Assembly: GCA_021799575.1 (NCBI GenBank)
Contig: JAJZAD010000004.1
Span: forward strand, 7,062 to 71,061
Length of the DNA: 64,000 nucleotides
Direction of reading: 5' to 3'
Origin: a bacterium
GTDB taxonomy: Bacteria > Patescibacteriota > Saccharimonadia > Saccharimonadales > UBA4665
The notes below the pieces were generated by a model, which was not told the origin of the DNA, searched no databases, and saw nothing but the letters and a program-made list of their open reading frames with translations. The position numbers were made by a program, and so were the translations under genes. Below, piece after piece: positions 43,426-53,100 of this stretch (the stretch's first letter is position 1; the number at the start of each line of letters is the position of its first letter).

Positions 43426-44551
43426 TTTGTCGGTGAGCGAGTTTGTAGCTGTGTTTAATCAGACTATGGAGTATGCTTTTTCTTCCATTTTTATCCATGG
43501 TGAGCTAGCCAATTTCAGAGTCAGAAAACAAGCATGGGTATATTTTGATCTTAAGGACGAAGAAGCCAGTGTCAGTTGCTTCGGTTCTGTCTACGCGTTA
43601 CCTGGTCCGCTAGAGGATGGCATGATGCTTAAAGTTCGCGGAACCCCTAGATTACACCCTCGTTGGGGGTTTAGTTTTAACTATAATGCTATTAGTCCTG
43701 CCGGGATCGGATCGATAAAGAGACAACAGGAACTACTTGCAGCGAAGCTTGAGCAAGAAGGATTATTTGCTCTTGAGCGCAAGCGTCAACTACCTTACCC
43801 GCCAAAAAGAGTCGGTTTAATCACCTCTGTACAGTCTGCGGCTTTTGCGGACTTTAAGCGCATTTTAGATAACCGTTGGTCAGGTATAGAGGTCGATGTT
43901 TATAATGTCAGCGTTCAGGGAGAAAATGCTTTGGGGGAAATTACCGAAGCCTTAGATTACTTTTCCTCCTTATCGGTACTGCCGGATGTATTGGTGATTA
44001 TCCGAGGCGGAGGCAGCCCTGAGGATTTGGCGGTGTTTAACAGCGAACAGGTTACCAGAGCCGTAGCTGCAAGTCGAGTCCCGACATTAGTAGCAATCGG
44101 ACATGAAAGCGATATTAGTCTAGCCGAGCTGGCAGCGGACAGAAGAGCCTCCACGCCTTCAAATGCAGTGGAAATGCTAGTTCCTGACAAACAAAGCACT
44201 AAATCTCAATTGGAAGCGAGAAGAAGCCTATTAAGCGAGTATTTACGTCATAAAATCGACTCGGCAAGAGCCTATAACTCCCAAATAGGCTCACTGTTGA
44301 CGTTAGCCCTGAAGCATAAATTCGAGCGTGAGAAACAATACATAGATGACAGGACTAAATTAATCGGGGTATTAAGTCCTAGAGAAATTTTAAAACGCGG
44401 CTACGCACTCGTTAAGACTAAAGGACATGTCAGTTACGGTAGAGATTTAAAGAAGGGTAGTATAGTAACTATTGAATTCGCCAAAATTGCATTCGGGGCA
44501 GAAATAACTAAACGTCTTAAAGAGGAGAACAAGAGTTGGCAGATAAAATAG
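43409..44551 (+). CDS. xseA: Exodeoxyribonuclease VII large subunit
   Basis: 380 aa with an N-terminal OB-fold region, GLITSVQSAAFADF and IIRGGGSPEDL. It overlaps xseB. Confidence 0.9.
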   Translation: MAEAVDLSVSEFVAVFNQTMEYAFSSIFIHGELANFRVRKQAWVYFDLKDEEASVSCFGSVYALPGPLEDGMMLKVRGTPRLHPRWGFSFNYNAISPAGIGSIKRQQELLAAKLEQEGLFALERKRQLPYPPKRVGLITSVQSAAFADFKRILDNRWSGIEVDVYNVSVQGENALGEITEALDYFSSLSVLPDVLVIIRGGGSPEDLAVFNSEQVTRAVAASRVPTLVAIGHESDISLAELAADRRASTPSNAVEMLVPDKQSTKSQLEARRSLLSEYLRHKIDSARAYNSQIGSLLTLALKHKFEREKQYIDDRTKLIGVLSPREILKRGYALVKTKGHVSYGRDLKKGSIVTIEFAKIAFGAEITKRLKEENKSWQIK

Positions 44552-44736
44552 ATTATTTAAAGTTAAGTAACGAGCTTGATCAAATAGTCAGCAAAATGCA
44601 GGACGACAATACTTCCATTGAAGAGTCGATGAAGTTGTACGAAAGAGGTGTTGAGGTTATAAAGGAACTAAACGCTTACCTCGAGACTGCCGAAAACAAG
44701 ATTAAACAGATATCACGTCTCGATAAGGAAAATTAA
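44536..44736 (+). CDS. xseB: Exodeoxyribonuclease VII small subunit
   Basis: 66 aa with a TTG start. It is helical (IEESMKLYERGVEVIKEL) and overlaps xseA by 16 nt. Confidence 0.85.
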   Translation: MADKIDYLKLSNELDQIVSKMQDDNTSIEESMKLYERGVEVIKELNAYLETAENKIKQISRLDKEN

Positions 44737-44741
44737 ATCAA

Positions 44742-45242
44742 GTGTTATGGGTTGACATATTATTACTGTTGGCACTGATTGTTGTGCTTAGTTTTGGCTG
44801 GGTACTGATTCGCGGAGCTCCATATTTGCCAACATTGCGCAAACAGATTAAGTGTGCTTTTGAACTGGCTGATCTTAAGCCTGGAGCTACGATAATTGAG
44901 TTGGGTTCTGGTGACGGCAGGGTTTTAATCGCTGCTGCTAAGGCAGGGCTTAAGGCTGTCGGTTACGAGCTAAATCCGTTGTTATTTATCTATAGTCGGA
45001 TCAGAACCAGACGGTTTGGCAAGCAAATTAAGGTAATTTTCGGTGACTTTTGGCTTGCTTCTTGGCCGAGAGCCGATGCAATTTATGTGTTTCAGTTGTC
45101 GAGATTAATGGATCGGGTTGAGCGCAAAATTCGTCAAGAAGGACTAGAAAATGTTATTGTAATCAGTTTCGCGTTTAAGTTTAAGAACCTTGATCCGATT
45201 AAACAAAAAGACGGCGTTTATCTTTATCGGCTACCTAAATAA
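44742..45242 (+). CDS. Small membrane-anchored class I SAM-dependent methyltransferase
   Basis: 166 aa with a GTG start, an N-terminal TM segment and motif I IIELGSGDGRVLI. Confidence 0.6.
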   Translation: MLWVDILLLLALIVVLSFGWVLIRGAPYLPTLRKQIKCAFELADLKPGATIIELGSGDGRVLIAAAKAGLKAVGYELNPLLFIYSRIRTRRFGKQIKVIFGDFWLASWPRADAIYVFQLSRLMDRVERKIRQEGLENVIVISFAFKFKNLDPIKQKDGVYLYRLPK

Positions 45243-45282
45243 CATTGCCTAATCATGCTAAATTGAGTTACCATTAGCAATA

Positions 45283-45945
45283 ATGAAAAACACGTCTGAA
45301 GATGGTTTTATCACCGGTTTAGCCGTGGCATTCATAGTGGTGTGTTTAGCTTTTATTGCAGCACTAGTGTTCGGTATCAGTTCTTATTCAGAAGAGCAAA
45401 AGTATAAAAATAATACCTCTGCCTTAATTGCTCAAGCTGTACAGACGGCAGAAAAGAACCAGGCTGCGGCGTTAAACCAGCAATTCCAGCAGCAAAACCA
45501 GAGCCCGTTTACGAGCTATACCGGACCGTCTCAGTACGGCAGTGTTTATTTACCTTATCCTAAGAACTGGAGCGGTTATGTTGACACATCGGGAAATACT
45601 AATCCCCTGGACGGCTATTTTAATCCGGGAGTTGTTCCTTCCGTAGACGTTCAGGGCAATCTGTTCGCCTTACGATTGGAGATTAATGCCAGCTCATACA
45701 GCGATCTTTTGTCTCAGTACATCAGCCAACAACAAAGTGGGGGTTTAAGTATAACACCATATGCACTTAAAAAAGTGCCACAGGTTGTAGGAGTAATGAT
45801 CAGCGGTCAGCTGACACAGAATTCACAGGGAGTCATGGTGATGTTACCCTTGCGCACAAATACTTTACTGATCTGGACTGATCTTAATCAATACGCAAAT
45901 CTTTTAGAAAATCAGATCTTACCGAATGTTAGTTTCCAGCCATAG
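45283..45945 (+). CDS. Hypothetical membrane-anchored protein
   Basis: 220 aa with one N-terminal TM segment, a Q-rich linker and an unassigned C-terminal domain. Confidence 0.5.
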   Translation: MKNTSEDGFITGLAVAFIVVCLAFIAALVFGISSYSEEQKYKNNTSALIAQAVQTAEKNQAAALNQQFQQQNQSPFTSYTGPSQYGSVYLPYPKNWSGYVDTSGNTNPLDGYFNPGVVPSVDVQGNLFALRLEINASSYSDLLSQYISQQQSGGLSITPYALKKVPQVVGVMISGQLTQNSQGVMVMLPLRTNTLLIWTDLNQYANLLENQILPNVSFQP

Positions 45946-46021
45946 TTCCTAAAAATTGGCTTAGTACAATTCCCGGTAGTATAATCTGGACTACATACAT
46001 TAGAGGTAAAAGGTCCGATTT

Positions 46022-46738
46022 ATGAGTTCGCGCGTACAAGCTCCGGCCATTTCAAACAACCTGCTTTTGTCCATTATCGAGCAGATGAAATTACCGTTCG
46101 TGCAAATTGCTCGACAGGCAGAGCTGGCACAACTAGGACTTGAACCCGACTATAGGTCGATACGAACCTTAGCCGAAAATGGCATACAACTTATTGACGG
46201 TTATAGCCTGGGTGTTCAATTGGCGAACTTAAACAGTTATGAGCTAACCCCCGAATCGGTATCTGTATCCTCGGTGCTTTATGAAGCCGATCAACAACTA
46301 CAGTCTTTAGCCAGGCTTTATAATATACAGCTTAAACTTAATATAGGCGGGCGGTTTGAACCCGTCTTGGCGCACCGACAAGGTCTGCAGGCAGCGATTA
46401 TAGGTTTAGCAAGTGCCTTAATAGAAGCCTTGCCGTCACAATCGGCTGGCGAACAATCCACCCTTCAACTGGCTACGCACCGTTGCCGTTACGGCATAGT
46501 TGCCGGAGTTTATGCCGATTTACCTAGTTTAAGCAGTGACACTTTAAAGAGGGGACGAAGGTTATATGGTAATTCTCGCCAACCGCTGGTAACGGTTAGC
46601 CACACTACAGGTGCGGGGATTTTTGTCGCCGATACTATCTTTAAGGCGATGCGCCTTAAACTCCACATCTCCAGGCATCATCGTTTGTACGGACTGGGGG
46701 TGGTCTTACAGCCGTCTTCTCAGCTGGCAATGATTTAA
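46022..46738 (+). CDS. Histidine-kinase-like protein with degenerate H-, N- and G1-boxes (putative pseudokinase)
   Basis: 238 aa, soluble. The DHp-like stretch reads IIEQMKLPFVQI where kinases have SHELRTPLTSI. The N-box region reads GLASALIEAL, the G1 region VYADLPSL, and a G2-like TTGAGIFVAD remains. Confidence 0.55.
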   Translation: MSSRVQAPAISNNLLLSIIEQMKLPFVQIARQAELAQLGLEPDYRSIRTLAENGIQLIDGYSLGVQLANLNSYELTPESVSVSSVLYEADQQLQSLARLYNIQLKLNIGGRFEPVLAHRQGLQAAIIGLASALIEALPSQSAGEQSTLQLATHRCRYGIVAGVYADLPSLSSDTLKRGRRLYGNSRQPLVTVSHTTGAGIFVADTIFKAMRLKLHISRHHRLYGLGVVLQPSSQLAMI

Positions 46739-47154
46739 TGAGTAAGCCTAAAAACCGTCTTTTATTAATTGAGCCAGATATGGTTTTAGCACAGATATTG
46801 ACAACCGTTTTAGTTCCCAAAGGCTATACAGTAGTACACGCTTTTACGGCCCAGGAAGCGATTATGAAGGCCGATCTATCGACTCCTGACCTGGTGGTTC
46901 TCGAGCTGCAACTGGTAGACCATAGCGGCATAGAATTTCTATATGAGTTTAGATCATATACCGATTGGGAAAATATACCAGTTATGATATACAGCAGCGT
47001 TCCTCCGGCAGAGTTTAACCACAGCAGAGAAATCATGCTTAACCAATTAGGGGTGAAAAATTATTTATATAAACCAGATACATCGCTGGTTGAATTTATG
47101 CGTAAATTAAATAGCCTTATTCAGAGGACTGATTTCCATAATGAATCAACATAA
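46738..47154 (+). CDS. Receiver-domain protein with Glu at the phospho-acceptor position (atypical/pseudo-receiver)
   Basis: 138 aa with LLLIEPD, DLVVLELQL (Glu where Asp is expected), IYSS and YLYKP. It shares a TAATG overlap with the upstream ORF and overlaps recO by 14 nt. Confidence 0.7.
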   Translation: MSKPKNRLLLIEPDMVLAQILTTVLVPKGYTVVHAFTAQEAIMKADLSTPDLVVLELQLVDHSGIEFLYEFRSYTDWENIPVMIYSSVPPAEFNHSREIMLNQLGVKNYLYKPDTSLVEFMRKLNSLIQRTDFHNEST

Positions 47155-47833
47155 AACTAAAGCGATCGTACTTAGTAGAACTAACTATAGAGAAGCCGAC
47201 CGCATTATAACCGTGATTACTCCGGACTTCGGCAAAGTACATCTAATAGCTAAAGGAGTCAGAGCCCTAAAAAGTAAACTGGCAGGAGGAATCGAACTGT
47301 TTTCAATCAGTGATATATCTTTTATCCGAGGCAGAAGTGAATTGGCGACATTGACCTCGGCACGTTTATATAAATATTACGCCTCTATTCTAGAAGATAT
47401 CGACAGAGTACAGTTAGGCTACGACATGCTAAAAACGATTAATCGGACTACCGAAGACATAGTCGAAGAAGAATACTTTGATCTGCTGGAAGCATCACTG
47501 GAAAGTTTAAACAATGCCAATATACCGCTAGAAATCAGTCAGCTGTGGTTTGTATGTCACCTTATGGAAATATCCGGACATTCACCTAATTTAGGCGTAT
47601 ATGTTTCCGGTAATGAAGCTTCCATTGACGGTATGCGTTTTACTTTTGATTCTGACAGAATGTCATTCATACCCCAACCCGAGGGAATATACAAGCCCAA
47701 TCATATAAAGTATTTACGATTGGTGTTGATGGCTAAAACTCCGAAAGTAATGCTTAATGTAGTCAGTGGGGAAGAATTAATCAGAGAGTTATTGCCTATA
47801 GCCGGCTTAATGCAAAGCCATTTATTAAGATAG
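47141..47833 (+). CDS. recO: DNA repair/recombination mediator RecO
   Basis: 230 aa with the OB-fold N-terminus KTKAIVLSRTNYREADRIITVITPDFGKVHLIAKG. Confidence 0.88.
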   Translation: MNQHKTKAIVLSRTNYREADRIITVITPDFGKVHLIAKGVRALKSKLAGGIELFSISDISFIRGRSELATLTSARLYKYYASILEDIDRVQLGYDMLKTINRTTEDIVEEEYFDLLEASLESLNNANIPLEISQLWFVCHLMEISGHSPNLGVYVSGNEASIDGMRFTFDSDRMSFIPQPEGIYKPNHIKYLRLVLMAKTPKVMLNVVSGEELIRELLPIAGLMQSHLLR

Positions 47834-47889
47834 TGTAATTAATAGTGTAGGCAGGGTATAATTCAAGCTAAAGATTAAAAGGAACCCTT

Positions 47890-49335
47890 ATGACTCAACC
47901 TACCCTGGAAGATATTGTTAGCCTGTGTAAGCGCCGAGGTTTTGTTTTTCCAGGATCGGATGTTTATGGCGGGTTGTCGGGATTTTGGGATTACGGTCCG
48001 TATGGTGTGCAGCTGAAAAGTAACATCATGCAGCTTTGGTGGAAGATGTTTGTTAGTGACAGGGAAGATATATACGGAATTGATGCGGCGATTTTAATGA
48101 ATCAGAAAGTTTGGCAGGCTTCTGGACACACTGAAACATTTACCGATCCCCTGGTTGAATGTTCTTTCTGCCATAGCCGTTTTCGAGCAGACAAAATCGA
48201 TCTTGGTCAATGTCCTACATGCGGCAAAGTAAAAACTTTCGGGGAACCGCGTCAGTTTAATATGATGTTTAAGACGATTGTGGGACCGAATTGGGGCAGT
48301 TTTGAAGCCGATGACGGCAATTACTTTTCTAAATCCAGTCAGGTCAAGATTACAAACAAGCACGGAGATGAGATAAGTTCAATAGGCATTATCGAGCGGG
48401 AAGACTATAACGGTTTAATGGTATACAACAAGGGAGCCCAATCATATCTCCGACCGGAAACAGCCCAAGGAATATTCACTAATTTTAAAAATATAGTCGA
48501 CAGCTTTTACCCGGATATTCCGTTCGGGTTAGCTCAACAAGGTAAAGCCTTTCGTAACGAAATCAGCCCCAGGGATTTTTTGTTCCGATCCCGGGAATTT
48601 GAGCAAATGGAGATCGAGTATTTTGTTAGACCGGACAACTGGCAGGTAGCTTTCGATGACTGGATTGCACAGATTCGTAAATGGTGCTTGGCCATTGGAT
48701 TACCCGACAATATGGTGCATGAGTTCGAAGTGCCGCCAGAGGAGCGGGCACACTATAGTAAGCGGACGATTGATTTTCAATTTGATTTCCCGATTGGCCG
48801 CGATGAATTACTCGGTCTAGCATATAGAACCGATTTTGATCTAAAAAATATTGAGCGTGCTAGCGGCAAAAGTATGGAATATAAACCAAAAGACGGTACA
48901 AAAGGATTTGTACCCCATGTCATTGAACCAAGTTTCGGTGTCGAGCGGGCAGTTATGGCTGTTTTAACTGCCGCATATAAGGAGGATGAAATTAATGGCG
49001 CGAAAAGAATCTATTTACGTTTACCTGCCGATTTAGCGCCGGTCAAAGTTGCAGTATCGCCTCTACTGAAGAATAAACCGGAGCTGGTAGATATGGCTAG
49101 AAAGATATATAAAGAGTTAAAAGCGGCTATCGGAGAGGTAGTGTGGGATGATAATGGGAACATTGGCAAACGTTATAGACGACAAGACGAAATCGGGACT
49201 CCGTTTTGTGTCACCGTAGATTTTGAGTCGTTAGAAGATAAATCGGTTACGCTTAGGAATCGCGATACAACCGCTCAGGATAGAGTGAATAGCGATAAAT
49301 TGAGTAAAATGCTGGTTAAGGAGCTGAAGAGATAA
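47890..49335 (+). CDS. glyQS: Glycyl-tRNA synthetase, alpha2 (GlyQS) type
   Basis: 481 aa with LRPETAQGIF and a CxxC...CxxC insertion (ECSFCHS...CPTCGK), plus a C-terminal anticodon-binding domain. Confidence 0.93.
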   Translation: MTQPTLEDIVSLCKRRGFVFPGSDVYGGLSGFWDYGPYGVQLKSNIMQLWWKMFVSDREDIYGIDAAILMNQKVWQASGHTETFTDPLVECSFCHSRFRADKIDLGQCPTCGKVKTFGEPRQFNMMFKTIVGPNWGSFEADDGNYFSKSSQVKITNKHGDEISSIGIIEREDYNGLMVYNKGAQSYLRPETAQGIFTNFKNIVDSFYPDIPFGLAQQGKAFRNEISPRDFLFRSREFEQMEIEYFVRPDNWQVAFDDWIAQIRKWCLAIGLPDNMVHEFEVPPEERAHYSKRTIDFQFDFPIGRDELLGLAYRTDFDLKNIERASGKSMEYKPKDGTKGFVPHVIEPSFGVERAVMAVLTAAYKEDEINGAKRIYLRLPADLAPVKVAVSPLLKNKPELVDMARKIYKELKAAIGEVVWDDNGNIGKRYRRQDEIGTPFCVTVDFESLEDKSVTLRNRDTTAQDRVNSDKLSKMLVKELKR

Positions 49336-49895
49336 TGCTTAAACGCCGCAATAAGAAAACCCCAACCGTTTATGCGTTTATAGACAGCCAAAACCTTAAC
49401 TTGGGGGTTCAGAAAGTCGGTTGGAAAATGGACTGGCGGGCTTTCAGGGCCTATCTCAAGGATCAATTTAATGTTTCTAAGGCCTATATGTTTATCGGCT
49501 ACATGCCAGAGAATGAACCTCTTTACGAACATATGCATGAGCTAGGTTATCTTATAGCGTTAAAGCGAACAGTGGATCTTTCCGCGGGAGACAAAGAGCG
49601 GGAAGGTGAAGAGCATAAACCGACAGTCAAAGGTAATATTGATGCAGACCTTGTGCTTTACGCCATGAAGGAATTAGGCAATTACGATAAAGCAATAATC
49701 GTTTCTGGTGACGGTGATTTCGTCAGTCTGATTGAGTACTTGGCTGATCAAAATAAGCTTCTGCATATCATGACTCCAAATTGGCAGTATTCATCGCTGC
49801 TTAAACCATGGGAGCACTATATAATCCGTATCGATCAGCTAAGAAACGAACTTGCCTATAAAGACCGTCCTAGAAAACAACATAAACGTCATTAA
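49335..49895 (+). CDS. NYN-domain (LabA-like, PIN-related) putative ribonuclease
   Basis: 186 aa with VYAFIDSQNLN, GNIDADLV and VSGDGDFVSLIEYL. Its ATG shares one nucleotide with the glyQS stop (TAATG). Confidence 0.75.
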   Translation: MLKRRNKKTPTVYAFIDSQNLNLGVQKVGWKMDWRAFRAYLKDQFNVSKAYMFIGYMPENEPLYEHMHELGYLIALKRTVDLSAGDKEREGEEHKPTVKGNIDADLVLYAMKELGNYDKAIIVSGDGDFVSLIEYLADQNKLLHIMTPNWQYSSLLKPWEHYIIRIDQLRNELAYKDRPRKQHKRH

Positions 49896-49980
49896 ATTAA
49901 TCAAGCATTGATTTTATACAAGCTATATAATCAATATTCATTTTGGTTATTGGATTAATTTTTAGCAACGAATTAAAAGC

Positions 49981-51270
49981 ATGACTCAAAAGCAGGCCCT
50001 TGAATTAATGCGTAGAGGTCGGAATATTTTCTTAACCGGTCCTCCTGGATCGGGTAAAAGTTACGTGCTGTCCGCTTATGTCGCCTGGGCTGAAAAAGTC
50101 GGCAGGAAGGTGGCACTGACGGCTTCAACCGGCATTGCCGCCAGTTTGCTGGGCGGAATCACGGTTCATTCTTGGTCAGGTATGGCCTTAACGCAACAAC
50201 TAAACAAGTATGATGTGGATCGGCTAATTGGTAAACAATTCCTAAAGGAGCGATTTAATGCAACTGATATCTTAATTATTGATGAAATTTCTATGCTTAG
50301 CGGTCGGGTTTTAAACGATCTTAACACGCTGCTTAAATTAGGCCGCAATTCGAATTTGGCTTTTGGCGGTATACAGACAATATTCGCTGGAGATTTCTTT
50401 CAGCTGCCTCCCGTAAATGCCGGACCTATAGGCTATGCATTCATGTCCGAAGCTTGGCGTGAGGCAGACTTATTAGCTTGCTACTTAAGTGAACAGCATA
50501 GACAACAGAGTGATGAACTAACGGATATATTACTAGCATTAAGAGATCATCGTTTAACCAAAAGACATCTGGATTTACTGTTGTCCAGGCAGGGTATCCG
50601 TCATCAGCCGGTTACGATGCTAATGACCCATAACCGTAAGGCTGATGCTGTTAACTATGGGCGTTTAAATCAAATCAAGGGTGATACTAAGAGCTATAAA
50701 ATGCTTACGTTCGGAAACCGGGGCGCAATTGCTGAACTTACCGGTTCCATACTTGCTCCTAAAGAGTTAAACCTTAAGGTGGGAGCCGAGGTAATGTTTA
50801 TAGCTAATAATTTTAGTGAGGGTTTCGTTAACGGTTCACAAGGAACCGTAGTGAAATTCCGTTGCGGAAAACCGGTAGTAAAACTAAAAAACAGCCGGTT
50901 AAAATTAACGGTAGAAGTTCATAGTTGGAAAAAACAAATTAATGGAACGACTATAGCAGAAGCAGTTCAGTTGCCACTTAGGCTATCTTGGGCAATAACG
51001 GTGCATAAGAGTCAGGGGATGAGTCTTGATGCGGCTGAAATTGATTTGAGACAAAGTTTCGCTTACGGCATGGGCTATGTGGCACTTAGTAGGCTGAAAA
51101 GTTACAACGGATTATATCTATCCGGTTTAAATAGTCGCGCTTTGCAGTTGGACCGAGGGGTATTCGCTTTCGATGATTTAGTGCGCTCAGAGTCTCAAGC
51201 CAACGAACGGCTTCTGACTACTTCATCTAAAACCCGAAGCGTAAGGCACTTTGTTAGGTTATTAAGCTAG
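49981..51270 (+). CDS. PIF1-family SF1B DNA helicase
   Basis: 429 aa with LTGPPGSGKSY, ILIIDEISML, FAGDFFQLPPV and AITVHKSQGMSLD. Confidence 0.85.
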   Translation: MTQKQALELMRRGRNIFLTGPPGSGKSYVLSAYVAWAEKVGRKVALTASTGIAASLLGGITVHSWSGMALTQQLNKYDVDRLIGKQFLKERFNATDILIIDEISMLSGRVLNDLNTLLKLGRNSNLAFGGIQTIFAGDFFQLPPVNAGPIGYAFMSEAWREADLLACYLSEQHRQQSDELTDILLALRDHRLTKRHLDLLLSRQGIRHQPVTMLMTHNRKADAVNYGRLNQIKGDTKSYKMLTFGNRGAIAELTGSILAPKELNLKVGAEVMFIANNFSEGFVNGSQGTVVKFRCGKPVVKLKNSRLKLTVEVHSWKKQINGTTIAEAVQLPLRLSWAITVHKSQGMSLDAAEIDLRQSFAYGMGYVALSRLKSYNGLYLSGLNSRALQLDRGVFAFDDLVRSESQANERLLTTSSKTRSVRHFVRLLS

Positions 51271-51396
51271 TCGCATAAACATATATGAGCCCATAGCATC
51301 GTTGAATAAAAAAATTATTCAAGTAATATATCTTATTGTAATATTATTAGTAGTAAAGAATAATACAAACTAAAGAGTTGGGAGATAAATTTAAGC

Positions 51397-52284
51397 ATGG
51401 ATGAAAGTGCCAGAATTAATGAGATTAGTGCCGAAAAAGCAGGTCAAATAAAGATCGGTAAGTATTTAGTTAACAGGATCGGTTTCGGTGCCATGCGAAT
51501 AACCGGTAGAGGTATATGGGGACCTCCTTATGATACTAATAAAGCTAAATCGTTGTTAAGACATGCCGTGGACTTAGGTGTTAACTTTATTGATACGGCA
51601 GATTCATACGGTCCTGGGATATCAGAAAGTTTGATTGCGGAAGCACTATTTCCTTATCGGGGAATTGTAATTGCCACTAAAGGGGGATTAATCCGTAGCG
51701 GTCCCGGTATCTGGCGTACCGATTGTTCGCCTAAACATTTGCGTGACGCATGCGAGGATAGTTTAAGACGTCTTAAAGTGGATATGATTGACATCTATCA
51801 ACTGCATACCGTAGATCCCAGGGTTCCGTTCGAAATATCTTTTAGGACATTATTGGATTTACAGCGAGAGGGGAAGATACGTCATATCGGTCTTTCTAAT
51901 ATCGAGCCTGAACATTTTAAGATTGCGATTAACATGGGTGGTTTTGTGTCGGTCCAGAATAACTACAATCTGCTTAACCGTGAGCACGAAGATGTGCTTA
52001 GGCTTTGTGAGCAGCACGGAATTACCTTCATTCCGTATTTTCCGATTGGTGCCGGGCAGCTAGAACAGAAACAACCGACAGCGCTAAGAGAAGTAGAACG
52101 AAGGTTAAACGCTAGCTGGTCTCAGATTGCTTTGGCATGGCTATTGGATCACTCACCTAATATCTTGCCAATACCCGGAACCGGCTCGAGATTACATCTG
52201 GAAGAAAACATTGCCAGTACGGATATAGTCTTAGATGAAGAAGAGGTTGAGATACTAGATAAACTAGCTGCGAACACGACTTAA
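51397..52284 (+). CDS. Aldo/keto reductase family oxidoreductase
   Basis: 295 aa with GFGAMRITG, IDTADSYGPG and other typical AKR motifs. Confidence 0.88.
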   Translation: MDESARINEISAEKAGQIKIGKYLVNRIGFGAMRITGRGIWGPPYDTNKAKSLLRHAVDLGVNFIDTADSYGPGISESLIAEALFPYRGIVIATKGGLIRSGPGIWRTDCSPKHLRDACEDSLRRLKVDMIDIYQLHTVDPRVPFEISFRTLLDLQREGKIRHIGLSNIEPEHFKIAINMGGFVSVQNNYNLLNREHEDVLRLCEQHGITFIPYFPIGAGQLEQKQPTALREVERRLNASWSQIALAWLLDHSPNILPIPGTGSRLHLEENIASTDIVLDEEEVEILDKLAANTT

Positions 52285-52299
52285 TAAAACATAACTAAG

Positions 52300-52328
52300 T
52301 TGACAAAAGTACTAATTATTGCTAATAT
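52300..52328 (+). promoter_or_regulatory. Candidate promoter (TTGACA, 17 bp spacer, TAATAT) for the 52386 ORF
   Basis: Perfect -35 at 52300-52305 and -10 TAATAT at 52323-52328. The SD AAAGG lies before ATG 52386. Confidence 0.5.
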
Positions 52329-52385
52329 ACTAATTGTCTTAATTGATAGTTTATTAAAGATAAAAATAACTAAAAAGGTTTAACT

Positions 52386-52895
52386 ATGCATAACTCAGGT
52401 ACAAAATTTCAATCTTTGAATCCAGAAAAAAAGGCTACTAGGCAAGTCAGGCACGGTAGTGTCGGTGAAGCTGCTGAATCTAAACGTAGAAGTCCTTATT
52501 TTATAAGACGTATAGGCGCAGTTGTAGTGACAGCAGCAGTTACCATTGCAGCCGGATTCGCTGCCGGTGCTAATGCTGGTAGTATCGAAAGAGAAGGTGG
52601 CAGCGTTGCAGGGATGGTAGTAAAGGGGATAAATAATATGACCGGAGCCAATGCACCATCCGAGGAACAATTAGCAGCTGATCCAAAGGTTAGTGTAGTC
52701 ATTTTTCCTAACGGAAGTACATTTCAGCCCCCCAACGGACAGTACGAAGCCAGCTCTATTATGGGGGCTATAGAAAAAGTTGACCCCAATATTAATGCCG
52801 CAACCCAATACGCCATAGTTAAATATATTGCGAATACAGAGAATAACGGTTCGTCGGTTATAGGTGCGGGTCGCATAGAAGTGCCAAGGGTTTAA
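52386..52895 (+). CDS. Hypothetical membrane-anchored protein
   Basis: 169 aa with a basic N-terminus, one Ala/Gly-rich TM segment and an unassigned C-terminal domain. It has its own promoter-like element and SD. Confidence 0.5.
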   Translation: MHNSGTKFQSLNPEKKATRQVRHGSVGEAAESKRRSPYFIRRIGAVVVTAAVTIAAGFAAGANAGSIEREGGSVAGMVVKGINNMTGANAPSEEQLAADPKVSVVIFPNGSTFQPPNGQYEASSIMGAIEKVDPNINAATQYAIVKYIANTENNGSSVIGAGRIEVPRV

Positions 52896-52933
52896 ATAAT
52901 CTGAACTCACAAGCACAACTTTTAATATCTAGC

Positions 52934-52942
52934 TGTGGATAA
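52934..52942. promoter_or_regulatory. Perfect DnaA-box 9-mer (TGTGGATAA)
   Basis: Exact consensus match about 280 nt upstream of mraZ. It is an isolated box. Confidence 0.35.
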
Positions 52943-53100
52943 AATCAAAGTTAATTCACAGTTCATCTTATAAATTAAGTTTTATAAAGACTCGATATTA
53001 TAGAGCAATTATTAAGTTTAAAAGGTGTAATTCGTAGTAAAAACGGTTACAAAGCAATAACCAAACACTGGTGTCAAAAAAACCACTATTTTATATATAA

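Noticed and set aside
45283-45945. Type IV pilin-like protein (N-terminal hydrophobic segment after EDGFITG)
   Set aside because: It lacks the G/FTLIE-type prepilin cleavage motif and the conserved Glu5. It is more simply a membrane-anchored protein of unknown function.
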